Part shown: piece by piece, positions 8,796 through 19,551 of the stretch
How the letters are laid out: every line of letters starts with the position of its first letter
Position numbering within the stretch: the stretch's first letter is position 1
NCBI GenBank assembly: GCA_038230955.1
Contig: JBBRMG010000003.1
Span: 1-57,684, forward strand
Direction: 5' to 3'
DNA: 57,684 nt
Source of the DNA: Candidatus Doudnabacteria bacterium
GTDB taxonomy: Bacteria; Patescibacteriota; Doudnabacteria; UBA920
Notes under the pieces: model-generated
Database searches by the model: none
Told to the model about the DNA's origin: nothing
The model's input: only the letters and a program-made list of their open reading frames with translations
Made by a program: the position numbers and the translations under genes

Positions 8796-10967
8796 ATGTT
8801 TAAGCGGAAACGGGTTAAAATTTATACCCATCAAAACAAATATTTTGAAACAAATGATAGGCTGCCCATGCGCCGATCGTTTTTGGCTATAATGATGACC
8901 CCATTTCGAATCATATTTCAACTTTGTTATTACGTCGGTTTCGGCTTAATGGAAATTGTCAGATCTTTTTCTCAATTACCACAGGCCGGACGGCAACTCA
9001 AATTTAGCATGCACCGACGACGCTGGCGCTCATACAGCGTATCTTTAAATAGGCGGCAAACTCGATTAGCCTTAACCACATTTGTTTTAATGATTGGTGT
9101 AGTCTCTTTTGCTATACATGGTGCATTGCTAGTGGCATCGGGACAAAAATTAAAGGGGCAAGTGCTGGGGGCTGCTGACCAAGGATTAGGGCATTTACAT
9201 ATGGCTCAAGATGCTTTGCAAAATCAAGATAGTACCGCTATGAGCCAACAGCTTCAAATGGCTTTGCAAAGTTTTCAAACCAGTCAGCAAGATTTAGGCA
9301 GTACTAATATTTTATTAGGAAGCTTGCTCGAACTTACCCCGCAAAAACACGATGCTGATAAACTACTGCAGGCCAGCACTCTACTGACAGAAGGCGGAAT
9401 TAGCTGGACCAAATTTTACGAAATAAGCAAAGACGTGTCCGTTACACCACAAGGTATAACTGGTAAGTCAGGCCAATCAAACGTATTGGCTGACATGAAT
9501 GAGCAGTTACAAAGTGGGCGCACAAAGATTAATGAAGCCATAACATTATTAGAACAAATTGACCCGTCCTCCATACCAACCTCCAAGCGCATTGCTTTTA
9601 ACGAAGCCCGGAACAAAATGGAAATAGCTCGCACTGGCACAGCTGTAATAGGTGAGATGTTTGATTTGCTCGTGCAAATTACTTCTGGCGATAAAAACGT
9701 CCTTCTGCTATTTGAAAACAACAACGAACTGCGACCCACAGGTGGCTTTATTGGCACTTATGGTGCTATGCGTTTGCAAAATGGCCAAATTAATTCTCTT
9801 CATATTAGTAGTATTTACGATTTAGACGGACAGCTTAAACAAACTATACTGCCCCCTCAACCAATCCAAGCTGTTAATAATAAATGGTTTATGCGTGACA
9901 GTAATTGGTGGTCAGATTTCCCAGCCTCTGCTCATTCAATTACTAACTTTTACGAAAAAGAGGGTGGAGAAACGCCCGACCTCATACTGGCGATGACCCC
10001 CGATTTAATAACAGATGTTTTAAAAATTACCGGACCGATTACCTTAGATCGATATAAAGTGACTTTTACCGCTGATAACTTTGTCGAGCTAACGCAAGTA
10101 GAAAGTTCCATTAAATATGACAAAAAGTTAAACCAACCAAAACAAATTTTGGCTGATTTTGTGCCGGCGTTATTACAACGACTAAATTCCCTGAAAGGAC
10201 AGCAACTTATTCCCGTAATTACAGCGTTGCAAAAAGCACTGGTTCAAAAGCAGCTGCTATTTTATTCCCGCGATCCAGCGCTTCAAAAAAAACTGGATAG
10301 TTTTAACTGGGCTGGAGCCATAAAACAGACTGATCGGGATTATCTACTCATATCAGAAGCAAACTTGGGTGGAACAAAAACAGACACATTCCTCACAAAA
10401 GAAACTTCCTTAAACAGTGAAATAGGGTCCGACGGCACAATTAGCAATACGATAACCATAAAAAGAACAAATCCACTGGCAACCCTACCGCAATTTAAGC
10501 AACGCAGTTACTTGCGCATCTACGTGCCAAAAGGATCCAAATTAGTAGAAGCCCGCGGATTTACCCCAGTTAGTCTGCCTCCGAATAATGTCACAGGTGA
10601 TGCTGATCCCCAGGTACAGCAGTGGGAAAAAGACAGTGTTGTTGATACAGTAACGGGAACTTTCATTGGCCAAGAAAGCGGCAAAACTGTTTTTGGCAAT
10701 TGGGTAGAAATACCAGGAGGTGATGATAAAACAGTAACTATAAAATATACTCTTCCATTTAGACTAAGCGATTTTGATCATTTTAGTTTGTTACTACAGA
10801 AACAACCCGGATCGATAGAAGGTAATTTCAATTATTCAATTGATTTCCCTAACCATAAGATGGAATGGAAAAACGTCACCTTAAATTCGCTCGACTCTCA
10901 TAAACTAACTTTAGCCGAGCCTTTAGACAAAGATCATTTTTTTGGTTTTATTTTTACTCGCCCATGA
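8796..10967 (+). CDS. DUF4012 domain-containing membrane-anchored protein
   Basis: LLLFENNNELRPTGGFIG, MRDSNWWSDFP, EANLGGTKTD, LLQKQPG; N-terminal TM segment. Confidence 0.8.
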   Translation: MFKRKRVKIYTHQNKYFETNDRLPMRRSFLAIMMTPFRIIFQLCYYVGFGLMEIVRSFSQLPQAGRQLKFSMHRRRWRSYSVSLNRRQTRLALTTFVLMIGVVSFAIHGALLVASGQKLKGQVLGAADQGLGHLHMAQDALQNQDSTAMSQQLQMALQSFQTSQQDLGSTNILLGSLLELTPQKHDADKLLQASTLLTEGGISWTKFYEISKDVSVTPQGITGKSGQSNVLADMNEQLQSGRTKINEAITLLEQIDPSSIPTSKRIAFNEARNKMEIARTGTAVIGEMFDLLVQITSGDKNVLLLFENNNELRPTGGFIGTYGAMRLQNGQINSLHISSIYDLDGQLKQTILPPQPIQAVNNKWFMRDSNWWSDFPASAHSITNFYEKEGGETPDLILAMTPDLITDVLKITGPITLDRYKVTFTADNFVELTQVESSIKYDKKLNQPKQILADFVPALLQRLNSLKGQQLIPVITALQKALVQKQLLFYSRDPALQKKLDSFNWAGAIKQTDRDYLLISEANLGGTKTDTFLTKETSLNSEIGSDGTISNTITIKRTNPLATLPQFKQRSYLRIYVPKGSKLVEARGFTPVSLPPNNVTGDADPQVQQWEKDSVVDTVTGTFIGQESGKTVFGNWVEIPGGDDKTVTIKYTLPFRLSDFDHFSLLLQKQPGSIEGNFNYSIDFPNHKMEWKNVTLNSLDSHKLTLAEPLDKDHFFGFIFTRP

Positions 10968-12565
10968 ACACACCGATAAAATCAGAACGCTTTAATGGCG
11001 GTTGGGTGGTTGTAATGATTGCCGGGTTAACTGTAATTTCTCGCGGAGTGGGTTTTATTAGAGAGTTGCTTTTAGCAAGTCATTTTGGGGCTGGCACAAC
11101 TTTAGATATTTACTATACTGCATTTCGCTTACCTGATATTATTTATAACTTGCTAATTTTAGGCACTTTGAGCGTAGCCTTTATCCCAATTTTTAGCGCT
11201 TATTATAATAAAGATAAGGAAGAGGCTTTGGCTATTACCAACAGCGTAATTAACCTGGCTGGAATAGTCATGTTTATTGTATGCACTATATTATTTATTG
11301 GCGCGCGACCACTAACTCGGCTCATAGCACCTGGGTTTAGGGGTGATGAGTTCGAACAAACCGTCCAGTTAACCAGGTTAATGCTGCTATCCCCAGTATT
11401 ATTTACAATATCAAGCGTCCTAGGCAGTTACCTCACAGGAATTAGGCGGTTCTTTGCTATCAGCGCCGCGCCCGTGCTTTATAATGTGGGAATTATATTC
11501 GGTTTATATTTATTTTACCCACTGTGGGGGTTAATAGGCCTGGGCATGGGTGTAGTGTTAGGAGCATTTTTACATTTATTGCTTCAGGCTATAGACGCCT
11601 ACCGCCATGGCTACTCCTGGTTACCAAAATTGGACTTACATCACCCCGGAGTACGCCAAATTGGAATCTTGTTTGTGCCGCGAGTTTTGGCTTTGGATAT
11701 TTCCTACGTTAGCTTGCTCATCGCATCTATTATTGGATCAACTTTGGCCCAAGGGTCAATATCGGTTTTTAATTTAGCCAATAATTTGCAAGCAGTTGCT
11801 GTGGGAATTTTTGCTTTATCTACTGTGACGGCTATTTTTCCAGTACTAACAGATTTACACGCCCAAGGAGCGGGTGACAAGTTTGTTATGACCTTGAGAG
11901 ATAGTATTATTCGTATTTTATTTTTTATGATCCCTGTGGCCATTTTGATACTATTATACAGAGCCCACATTGTGCGTTTGGCCTATGGGTACGGCAAATT
12001 CGATTGGGAAAATACTATTTTAACTTTCAACACTCTAGGGATATTAGCTTTCGCGGTTATTAGCCAAAGCATGATTCCGCTAATGGCCCGGGCTTTCTAC
12101 GCTCAGCACAACACTAAAACCCCATTCCTGATCGGCCTAGGGGCAATGATAATTAACGTTATAGTATCTGTCTTCGCCGCCCAACATTATGGCGTCCTAG
12201 GAATCGCTCTCGGTTTCACTATTGCCAGTATATTTAACGGTCTAGTGTTATTTTTAGCACTGCGGTTGAAAATCACTCACTATGCGCAAGACTTGGAGAC
12301 TATTTTTGACTTGCCTTTACTGGAAGCCGTTACAAAAATTATCGCAGCAACCTTAGCTATGGGCATAACTTCTTACGTTTTATTATATTGGTTGGCGGAT
12401 CACATAAATACTCACACTGTCTATGGCATTTTTACCCAAGCTGCAATTTCGGGGCTTGGAGGGATCTTGGTCTACTGGGCAATCACTATCGTATTTGGAT
12501 TCAAGGAATCCACTTATGTATTTGAAGCGGTAAAACGTTTGAGTCAGCGTATCTACCGCGCCTAA
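10964..12565 (+). CDS. murJ: Lipid II flippase MurJ/MviN
   Basis: SRGVGFIRELLLA, AFRLPD, RAFYA; many TM helices; overlaps the previous stop. Confidence 0.93.
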   Translation: MNTPIKSERFNGGWVVVMIAGLTVISRGVGFIRELLLASHFGAGTTLDIYYTAFRLPDIIYNLLILGTLSVAFIPIFSAYYNKDKEEALAITNSVINLAGIVMFIVCTILFIGARPLTRLIAPGFRGDEFEQTVQLTRLMLLSPVLFTISSVLGSYLTGIRRFFAISAAPVLYNVGIIFGLYLFYPLWGLIGLGMGVVLGAFLHLLLQAIDAYRHGYSWLPKLDLHHPGVRQIGILFVPRVLALDISYVSLLIASIIGSTLAQGSISVFNLANNLQAVAVGIFALSTVTAIFPVLTDLHAQGAGDKFVMTLRDSIIRILFFMIPVAILILLYRAHIVRLAYGYGKFDWENTILTFNTLGILAFAVISQSMIPLMARAFYAQHNTKTPFLIGLGAMIINVIVSVFAAQHYGVLGIALGFTIASIFNGLVLFLALRLKITHYAQDLETIFDLPLLEAVTKIIAATLAMGITSYVLLYWLADHINTHTVYGIFTQAAISGLGGILVYWAITIVFGFKESTYVFEAVKRLSQRIYRA

Positions 12566-12588
12566 CTGAGTTCTGGTACAATACCTGC

Positions 12589-14391
12589 ATGCCTGACCAA
12601 AAACATATCAGAAATTTTTGCATTATCGCTCATATTGATCATGGTAAGTCGACCTTAGCCGATCGATTATTAGAAGTGACTCATACAGTGACCGGGCGCG
12701 AAATGAAAGCTCAGTTATTGGACCAAATGGATTTGGAACGCGAGCGCGGCATTACCATAAAACTTCAACCGGTGAGAATGGATTATACTTTGGCCAATCA
12801 AGAGTATATTTTGAATTTAATTGATACCCCCGGCCATGTCGATTTTAGCTATGAAGTATCGCGCAGTTTAGCAGCATGCGAAGGAGCCATCTTGGTTGTC
12901 GACAGTACACAGGGAATTGAAGCCCAAACTTTAGCCAATGCCTATCTTGCCACCGAACACAACCTAACTCTTATCCCCGTAATTAATAAAATTGATTTAC
13001 CGAATGCCGACAGAGAAGGCACAAGCAAAGAACTAATGTCTGTCTTCGGGTTTAAGCCCGAAGAAATTCTTTATGCATCCGGAAAAACTGGTGAAGGGGT
13101 ACAAGATATTTTAGAAGCAATTGTCAAAAAAATTCCGGCGCCGCAAGGTAAAGTGGACGCACCGCCCCGCGCTTTAATTTTTGATTCACTTTATGACATT
13201 CACCGTGGTGTGATTACATATGTCAGAATGGTAGACGGCCGCCTACAACAAGGAGACGATATTTATATGATGGGGAGCGCGACCCAAGCCGACAGCTTGG
13301 AAATTGGATTTTTCAGACCACAAATGGAAAAGAATAAAGCTTTAGAAACAGGGGAGGTAGGGTATGTGGTCACTGGACTACGCGAGGTTAGTAAAGCTCG
13401 AGTGGGAGACACCATTACCTTGGCCAAGAATCGCATCGGCGGCATTGTCGAACAACTTCCGGGGTACAAGCATGTCACGCCTATGGTTTACGCAAGCATT
13501 TTTCCGGTATCGGGCGATGATTACCCGCTACTCCGAGACGGCATGGACAAGCTAAAGCTCAACGACGCCGCATTAGTGTATGAACCGGAGCATATCCCCA
13601 GCATTGGGTTTGGGTTCCGTACGGGGTTCCTAGGACTGCTTCACATGGATATTGTGCAGGAACGACTATCGCGGGAGTACAATTTAGACCTCGTGCTAAC
13701 AGCCCCAAGTGTGGCTTATGAAATTGTGACCACCAATGGCAAAATAACGACTATTCACAATCCGGCTCAGTTCCCAGACCCAGCTACAATTAAAGAAGTA
13801 CGTGAACCCTGGATGAAAGTGGCCATCCTAACTCCTAGCGCGCATATCGGCCCTATAATGGAATTAGTCACTCAACGGCGAGGCTTGAGCGTGGATATTA
13901 AGTATTTGGGAACAGACCGCGTAGAAATGGTTTTTGAGATGCCGCTGTCCAGTATTATTATTGATTTCTACGATAAGTTAAAAAGTGTTTCTAGCGGCTA
14001 TGCCTCTCTCAATTATGAAATGATTGGTTTGCGCACAGGCGACTTGGTCAAAGTGGATGTTATGGTGGGAGGCGAAAAAGTGGAAGCGTTAGCTAATATT
14101 ATGCACCGGTCAACGGCTCAAACCGACGGCCGCGAGTTGGTTAGTAAATTGAAAGGGTTAATTCCCCGGCAACAATTTGAAATTGCCATTCAAGCGGCCA
14201 TTGGCGGAAAAGTGGTAGCACGCGAAACTATTTCCGCTTTACGGAAAGATGTCACAGGCTATTTGTACGGCGGTGATGTGACGCGTAAAATGAAACTACT
14301 CAATAAACAAAAAAAGGGAAAGAAACGAATGAAAAAAATTGGCAAAGTAGAAATTCCTCAAGAAGCATTTTTAGCAGTATTACAAAAATAA
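12589..14391 (+). CDS. lepA: Elongation factor 4
   Basis: IRNFCIIAHIDHGKSTLADR, DTPGHVDF, GFLGLLHM, LRKDVT, C-terminal EAFLAVL. Confidence 0.99.
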   Translation: MPDQKHIRNFCIIAHIDHGKSTLADRLLEVTHTVTGREMKAQLLDQMDLERERGITIKLQPVRMDYTLANQEYILNLIDTPGHVDFSYEVSRSLAACEGAILVVDSTQGIEAQTLANAYLATEHNLTLIPVINKIDLPNADREGTSKELMSVFGFKPEEILYASGKTGEGVQDILEAIVKKIPAPQGKVDAPPRALIFDSLYDIHRGVITYVRMVDGRLQQGDDIYMMGSATQADSLEIGFFRPQMEKNKALETGEVGYVVTGLREVSKARVGDTITLAKNRIGGIVEQLPGYKHVTPMVYASIFPVSGDDYPLLRDGMDKLKLNDAALVYEPEHIPSIGFGFRTGFLGLLHMDIVQERLSREYNLDLVLTAPSVAYEIVTTNGKITTIHNPAQFPDPATIKEVREPWMKVAILTPSAHIGPIMELVTQRRGLSVDIKYLGTDRVEMVFEMPLSSIIIDFYDKLKSVSSGYASLNYEMIGLRTGDLVKVDVMVGGEKVEALANIMHRSTAQTDGRELVSKLKGLIPRQQFEIAIQAAIGGKVVARETISALRKDVTGYLYGGDVTRKMKLLNKQKKGKKRMKKIGKVEIPQEAFLAVLQK

Positions 14392-14393
14392 TT

Positions 14394-14891
14394 ATGGCTT
14401 TAGGAAAATTGCGGCTTAGGGCAGGGGAAACTGTTCAAATCATTTACAAGCAAAGTGAAACTATATTGTTTTCACCGACAGTAATGGTAATGGTGACTTT
14501 ATACTTATCATGGTATTTTGCCATACGTTATGATCTCGTTGTTCAACGATGGGGGAGCTTAGTATTGTGGACTTTAGTCATTGGTATATATGCGGGATAT
14601 AGATATTACCACTGGTCCTCGACTCAGTATATTGTGACTTCCGAGCGACTGATTCAGACCGCCCAAGATAAGTTATTCCATCAATCAACTGTAGAAGTTT
14701 CCTTGGGTTCGATTACCAATATCAGCTACCATACAACTGGATTGCTATCTACTTTATTTGATTACGGAGATGTCGAAGTTCAGGCTCAAGGGATTGATAA
14801 ACCCATTATTTTATATCGGGTTCGCGACCCACAGGCCACAAAGGATTATTTGTGGGAATTAAGCCAAGCTATACCCAAAAAACTCGAATAA
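14394..14891 (+). CDS. Membrane protein with a bacterial PH (bPH_2-like) domain
   Basis: Two TM helices, then YIVTSERLI...ITNISY...LFDYGDVEVQ pattern. Confidence 0.7.
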   Translation: MALGKLRLRAGETVQIIYKQSETILFSPTVMVMVTLYLSWYFAIRYDLVVQRWGSLVLWTLVIGIYAGYRYYHWSSTQYIVTSERLIQTAQDKLFHQSTVEVSLGSITNISYHTTGLLSTLFDYGDVEVQAQGIDKPIILYRVRDPQATKDYLWELSQAIPKKLE

Positions 14892-14904
14892 TGTTATAAA
14901 TATT

Positions 14905-15273
14905 ATGAAACCACCGGCCTGGATAGGATCAAAACTAGTTATTGGACTGTTAATTATTGCGCTTGGCATAGTTGGCTATATGCAATTTAACCAATACCGA
15001 AAAAGGATTATTACCCAGCGCGAAATTGACGCTTTAGTTACTCAGCAGCGCGATTTGGAAGGTAAAAACAAAGACATCTCTGACTCTTTGCAATTACTGA
15101 ACGATCCCGCTTATCGGGAGAAGTTAGCTCGGGAACAACTAAACGTGAAGAAGCAAGGGGAGATTGTGGTTAATTTCCCGGCTCATGGTTCTCCTGTAGC
15201 GCAAGGAGGTCAACCTAACAGTGGGGAAACAAATCCCCAAAAATGGTGGCGCTACTTTTTTTATCATCAGTAA
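14905..15273 (+). CDS. Septum formation initiator (FtsB/DivIC-like)
   Basis: TM helix, coiled coil, then DPAYREKLAREQLNVKKQGEIV. Confidence 0.8.
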   Translation: MKPPAWIGSKLVIGLLIIALGIVGYMQFNQYRKRIITQREIDALVTQQRDLEGKNKDISDSLQLLNDPAYREKLAREQLNVKKQGEIVVNFPAHGSPVAQGGQPNSGETNPQKWWRYFFYHQ

Positions 15274-15282
15274 AATAAATAC

Positions 15283-16323
15283 ATGGACGAACATATCGAC
15301 GAACATGCTGGCAGCGGCGACAACAACCACGGCGACAAAATGACAAGCAAGAAGAAGTTTTTACTCCTTCTTCCGATACTTATTATTATTGCCATAATTG
15401 CATTTGGAGTGTGGTTATATACCGGCTCCTTAACTCAAGCCAAGCAAAATATTTTCAAAAAAACATCGCTACCTGTGGCTATGGTAGGGAATCATTTTAT
15501 TAGCGGTAAAGAGTTTGTTAACCGACTAGAGCTAGCCAAATCCTTATTACAGGGAGAGAAGAGTTTTGATGAAAACCAAGTTAAGAACCAGATCATTACT
15601 CAATTAGAAGAGAATCAAAAATTAGCAGCAGTCGCACAGGCTCATGGTGTTTCTGTTTCTGCGGATGCTGTTGATTCAGAGTACAAAGTATTTGTTCAAA
15701 ATTTTGCTAAAGGAGATGACAAAAAATTTGAGGATACGTTAAATAAAACTTACAAACTAAGTCCCAGTGATTTTAAAGCAAAAGTGCTGCAACCAGATTT
15801 ATTAACCACAGCCTTGACTGTGTGGTACAACAAGCAAGAGTCGTTGAATTCAGCAACCTTCAAAAAACAAAAAGGCATTCAGGCTAAGCTGGACGCCGGC
15901 ACTCCTTTTAGTGATGTCGCAAAGGCACTTTCGGAAGATGAAACGACCAAGCAATTAGGGGGCGATACTGGTTTTGTAGCTAGCGCCGATTTATTGCCAG
16001 AGTTCGGTTCTGAATTAAAAGGGCTGAAATTAAACGATCAGAAGCAAATTATTAGCCGGTTTGGTATTCATACAGTCAAAGTCCTTGAAATAGACCCTGC
16101 CAATGCTTCTCGTTATCATTTAGCCCAAATTTTCGTCAAAGGAGCCGGATATGAAAAATGGTATGCCGATCAAGCGGCCAATATCAAAACTCGGAACTTT
16201 ATAAAAATAGAGACTCCAAGCACTAGGCCTGCAGCAACGCGGTCAAATACTTCTGCTCCTGCTCAGTCCACCCCGCCTGATACTTCTGCAACACCACCAA
16301 CCCCAGCTCCTGCAACAAAGTAA
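15283..16323 (+). CDS. PrsA/SurA-type foldase (parvulin PPIase) with a Pro/Thr-rich tail
   Basis: TM anchor, SurA-N-like helical region, FSDVAKALSED...GGDTGF, ISRFGIH. Confidence 0.8.
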   Translation: MDEHIDEHAGSGDNNHGDKMTSKKKFLLLLPILIIIAIIAFGVWLYTGSLTQAKQNIFKKTSLPVAMVGNHFISGKEFVNRLELAKSLLQGEKSFDENQVKNQIITQLEENQKLAAVAQAHGVSVSADAVDSEYKVFVQNFAKGDDKKFEDTLNKTYKLSPSDFKAKVLQPDLLTTALTVWYNKQESLNSATFKKQKGIQAKLDAGTPFSDVAKALSEDETTKQLGGDTGFVASADLLPEFGSELKGLKLNDQKQIISRFGIHTVKVLEIDPANASRYHLAQIFVKGAGYEKWYADQAANIKTRNFIKIETPSTRPAATRSNTSAPAQSTPPDTSATPPTPAPATK

Positions 16324-16337
16324 GTAACAAGGCGTTC

Positions 16338-16411
16338 GCGGGTATCGTATAGTGGTAGTACGAGACCTTCCCAAGGTTTAAGCACGGGTTCGATTCCCGT
16401 TACCCGCTCCA
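16338..16411 (+). tRNA. tRNA-Gly(CCC)
   Basis: Acceptor GCGGGTA/TACCCGC, anticodon loop TTCCCAA, GGTTCGATTCC T arm, encoded TCCA. Confidence 0.95.
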
Positions 16412-16506
16412 CGAATGTGTTCACCACAAAGTGGTGGATACGTTCGTGGAGCACATAGACGGTGCCTAATGAGCGGAGCGAATGGCCAGGCCCGTTACCC
16501 GCTCCA
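16396..16506 (+). repeat. 16-bp direct repeat of the tRNA-Gly 3' end
   Basis: CCCGTTACCCGCTCCA at 16396-16411 and 16491-16506, 79 bp apart. Confidence 0.9.
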
Positions 16507-16590
16507 GAGGTTGCTCCACTGCTTAACCTCCGCCTGCAAAGCCGGACGTCGGCCCAAGTAGTGTCGCACGGGGCTGCATAACAATATTTC

Positions 16591-17232
16591 ATGGCTAGTA
16601 AAAAACCACCACAATCTAACCGCGACCTCGACTTCCTATTTGAGCTGGGAGCTTTTCGATTTATCGACCGATCGTGGCGACAATTCTACAACAAGGATTT
16701 AGCTAACAACACCGAGCACTCTTTCCGAGTAGCTTGGATTGCTTTACTAATTGCCAAACATGAAGGGGTCAAAGATACGGGCAAAGTAATGAAGATGGCA
16801 TTAATGCATGACCTAGCTGAAAGCCGGACAGGGGATGCTCATCATATGTCCCGACACTACGTCAAGCGCGACGAAGATGGGGCCATGACTGACATTTTTG
16901 CCGACACCATTTTAGGCAAAGAGATGTTAGCTTTGTGGAAAGAATACGAAGAGCGGAAAAGCATGGAGTCAAAAATTGTCAAAGACGCTGACGGGATAGA
17001 CGTAGATTTGGAATTAGCCGAGCAGGAGATTAACGGCAAACAAATGCGCGACCGTTACGCCGCCTATCGGAAATCAGCCGGGCATGATAAGTTCTTTACC
17101 AAAACAGCTCAGCGGATTTGGAAAACTATTCAAAAAACTGATCCGCACACTTGGTATCTGGGAACGATTCCGGGTAGGCAAGCGGCTAAGCCGGTGGGCA
17201 GGACAGCGAAAAAGGCGAAAGCAAAAAAGTAA
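16591..17232 (+). CDS. HD-domain phosphohydrolase (YfbR/HDDC2-like 5'-deoxynucleotidase family)
   Basis: RSW, EHSFRV, LMHDLAES, VKDADGID; basic C-terminal tail. Confidence 0.85.
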   Translation: MASKKPPQSNRDLDFLFELGAFRFIDRSWRQFYNKDLANNTEHSFRVAWIALLIAKHEGVKDTGKVMKMALMHDLAESRTGDAHHMSRHYVKRDEDGAMTDIFADTILGKEMLALWKEYEERKSMESKIVKDADGIDVDLELAEQEINGKQMRDRYAAYRKSAGHDKFFTKTAQRIWKTIQKTDPHTWYLGTIPGRQAAKPVGRTAKKAKAKK

Positions 17233-17238
17233 TACCGG

Positions 17239-17314
17239 GCCGGCTTAGCTCATCTGGTAGAGCAACGGTATCGTAAACCGTAGGTGGCCGGTTCAAGTCC
17301 GGCAGCCGGCTCCA
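17239..17314 (+). tRNA. tRNA-Thr(CGT)
   Basis: Acceptor GCCGGCT/AGCCGGC, anticodon stem ACGGT/ACCGT with loop ATCGTAA, encoded TCCA. Confidence 0.93.
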
Positions 17315-17425
17315 AACCAATTTTTATAGACCCTGACAAATTACTCAAATGTCAATACCCCCTAAAATTGGCCAGTCTTGCCAAAACGGCCTTTTTTTGT
17401 TAATCTTTGTGCGCCCACAATAAAA

Positions 17426-17689
17426 ATGACTGAAAATTCCCAACAAACTCCAGAACCACAGAAAACGCCGTCTCAACGGATGACTTTAGCTAAAACATTA
17501 GGCATTGCAGTAGAATTTGGTTTTATTGTAGCCCTTCCTCTATTGCTGTTTGTTTTTTTAGGGAAGTGGTTGGACCATAAGTATCACACCGTATTTATTG
17601 TTTACATCGGCATTACGCTGGCGTTGGCAGCAAGTACCCTCTGGTTTTATAAAAGAATTGTTGATTTAATGAATGATATGAAAAAATAG
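17426..17689 (+). CDS. AtpZ/AtpI-family small membrane protein
   Basis: GKWLDHKYHT plus two TM helices, at the head of the atp operon; ATG 17426 preferred over TTG 17378. Confidence 0.8.
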   Translation: MTENSQQTPEPQKTPSQRMTLAKTLGIAVEFGFIVALPLLLFVFLGKWLDHKYHTVFIVYIGITLALAASTLWFYKRIVDLMNDMKK

Positions 17690-17691
17690 AT

Positions 17692-18561
17692 ATGCTTGCA
17701 TTACCACCTTTAGCCGCAGAACCTATATTCAATATTGCCGGCTTCCCAGTCACTAATACATATATTAACTCCACACTAACCATGTTAGGTTTTGTGGTGT
17801 TTGCTTTGCTCATTCGAGCGATGGTGAAAAAGTATTACAGCACCGACAAAGCCCCTAAGGGAGCGCTGAACTTTTTTGAATCAATTTTAGAAGTGATGCT
17901 CGACTACGTAGATCGCGTTACTGGCAACCGCGAAAAATCTTTACGTTTTTTACCTTTAGTTGGTGCGCTATTCTTGTTTATAGTAGTGTCGAATTGGATT
18001 GGATTATTGCCCGGCATCGGCAGTATTGGCGTATATCAAATACACGAAGGGGCTCGCGAACTTATTCCACTGTTCCGACCAGCCAACACTGACCTCAACA
18101 TGACTTTGTCCATGGCTGTGATGGTTGTGGTACTATCTCACATTATCGGCATTGCCGCCATCGGCTTTTTTAAGTACTTTAACAAATTTATTAAAGTGGC
18201 TGATTTATGGCACGCAGCAAAAAGTGGCAAGATTATCAATATGCTGACAGCGGTTGTTGAATTTTTCGTCGGCTTGATTGAGGTATCATCGGAAGTAGCC
18301 AAAATGTTGTCTTTGTCTTTACGGTTATTCGGCAATGTGTTCGCCGGTGAAGTGTTGCTTACTGCCATGGCCTCGATGCTAGCTTATATCCTGCCCTTAC
18401 CGTTTATGGGCTTGGAACTGCTAGTGGGTCTTATTCAGGCGATGGTCTTTTCCATGCTGGCGTTAGTTTATCTAACTATTGCCACCACCGAGGTACATGG
18501 CCATGGCGACTTTGACGAGACCCACGACAAGAACCATTTAGAACCTACGCCGACAGCTTAG
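17692..18561 (+). CDS. atpB: ATP synthase F0 subunit a
   Basis: NWIGLLPG, RPANTDLN, SLSLRLFGNVFAGE, GLIQAMVF. Confidence 0.96.
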   Translation: MLALPPLAAEPIFNIAGFPVTNTYINSTLTMLGFVVFALLIRAMVKKYYSTDKAPKGALNFFESILEVMLDYVDRVTGNREKSLRFLPLVGALFLFIVVSNWIGLLPGIGSIGVYQIHEGARELIPLFRPANTDLNMTLSMAVMVVVLSHIIGIAAIGFFKYFNKFIKVADLWHAAKSGKIINMLTAVVEFFVGLIEVSSEVAKMLSLSLRLFGNVFAGEVLLTAMASMLAYILPLPFMGLELLVGLIQAMVFSMLALVYLTIATTEVHGHGDFDETHDKNHLEPTPTA

Positions 18562-18645
18562 GAAATGAGAGCCAATCATCAATACCTTATAGGATTAAAT
18601 TGATGCCCTGCTCTTGCTTCTTAATTAAATCACCGGAGCAAGTAA

Positions 18646-18891
<246 letters not shown>

Positions 18892-18987
18892 TCAAAATTT
18901 CGTATCGGTTGACGAGTGTTCGAGCCAAGCTATGAATTAGAAGTTTGGCTCGTTCACCTGGTAACAGATAACAATTAACGCATCAAT

Positions 18988-19551
18988 ATGGATTTTCCGT
19001 CATTATTTATACATATCGCTCAGGCTGCTGAGAATGCTGCACCAGCTAATCAAAGTGTTATCGGCTTATTTGGCTTAAACGGCAAATTATTTATTGCTCA
19101 GTTAGTCAACTTTGGTATTGTCTTTTTTGTCCTGTGGAAATGGGTCTTTAAACCGGTGGCAGCTGGCTTAGCCAAGCGTACTGAGAAAATTGAACAGTCT
19201 TTGGCTGAAGCGCAAAAAATTACTGACGACAAATTAACTTTCGAGACCTGGAAACAAGGCGAAATTAGCACAGTCCGTACAGAAGCTGCCGCTATTATTA
19301 CTCAGGCCAAACAAGAAGCGGAAGCTGTGAAACTAAGCATCGCTGACAAAACGAAACAAGAACAAGAACGGATTATCAACCAAGCAAAAACTCAGATTGA
19401 GCAAGAAAAGCAAAATGCCCTACAGGAAATTAAGAGCGAGGTAGCGGATATGGTGGTCAAAGCAACTGAAACAATTATTGGGGAAAAGCTCGATCCAAAA
19501 AAGGACGAGGCTCTAATTAAGCAGGCATTAGAGAAAGCGAAGGCCAAATAA
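18988..19551 (+). CDS. atpF: ATP synthase F0 subunit b
   Basis: FIAQLVNFGIVFFVLWKWVFKP, then a coiled coil. Confidence 0.95.
   Translation: MDFPSLFIHIAQAAENAAPANQSVIGLFGLNGKLFIAQLVNFGIVFFVLWKWVFKPVAAGLAKRTEKIEQSLAEAQKITDDKLTFETWKQGEISTVRTEAAAIITQAKQEAEAVKLSIADKTKQEQERIINQAKTQIEQEKQNALQEIKSEVADMVVKATETIIGEKLDPKKDEALIKQALEKAKAK

Noticed and set aside
16263-16592. 109-aa minus-strand ORF
   Set aside because: It is antisense to tRNA-Gly and the PrsA tail; the VTGIEPV pattern is a typical tRNA shadow.
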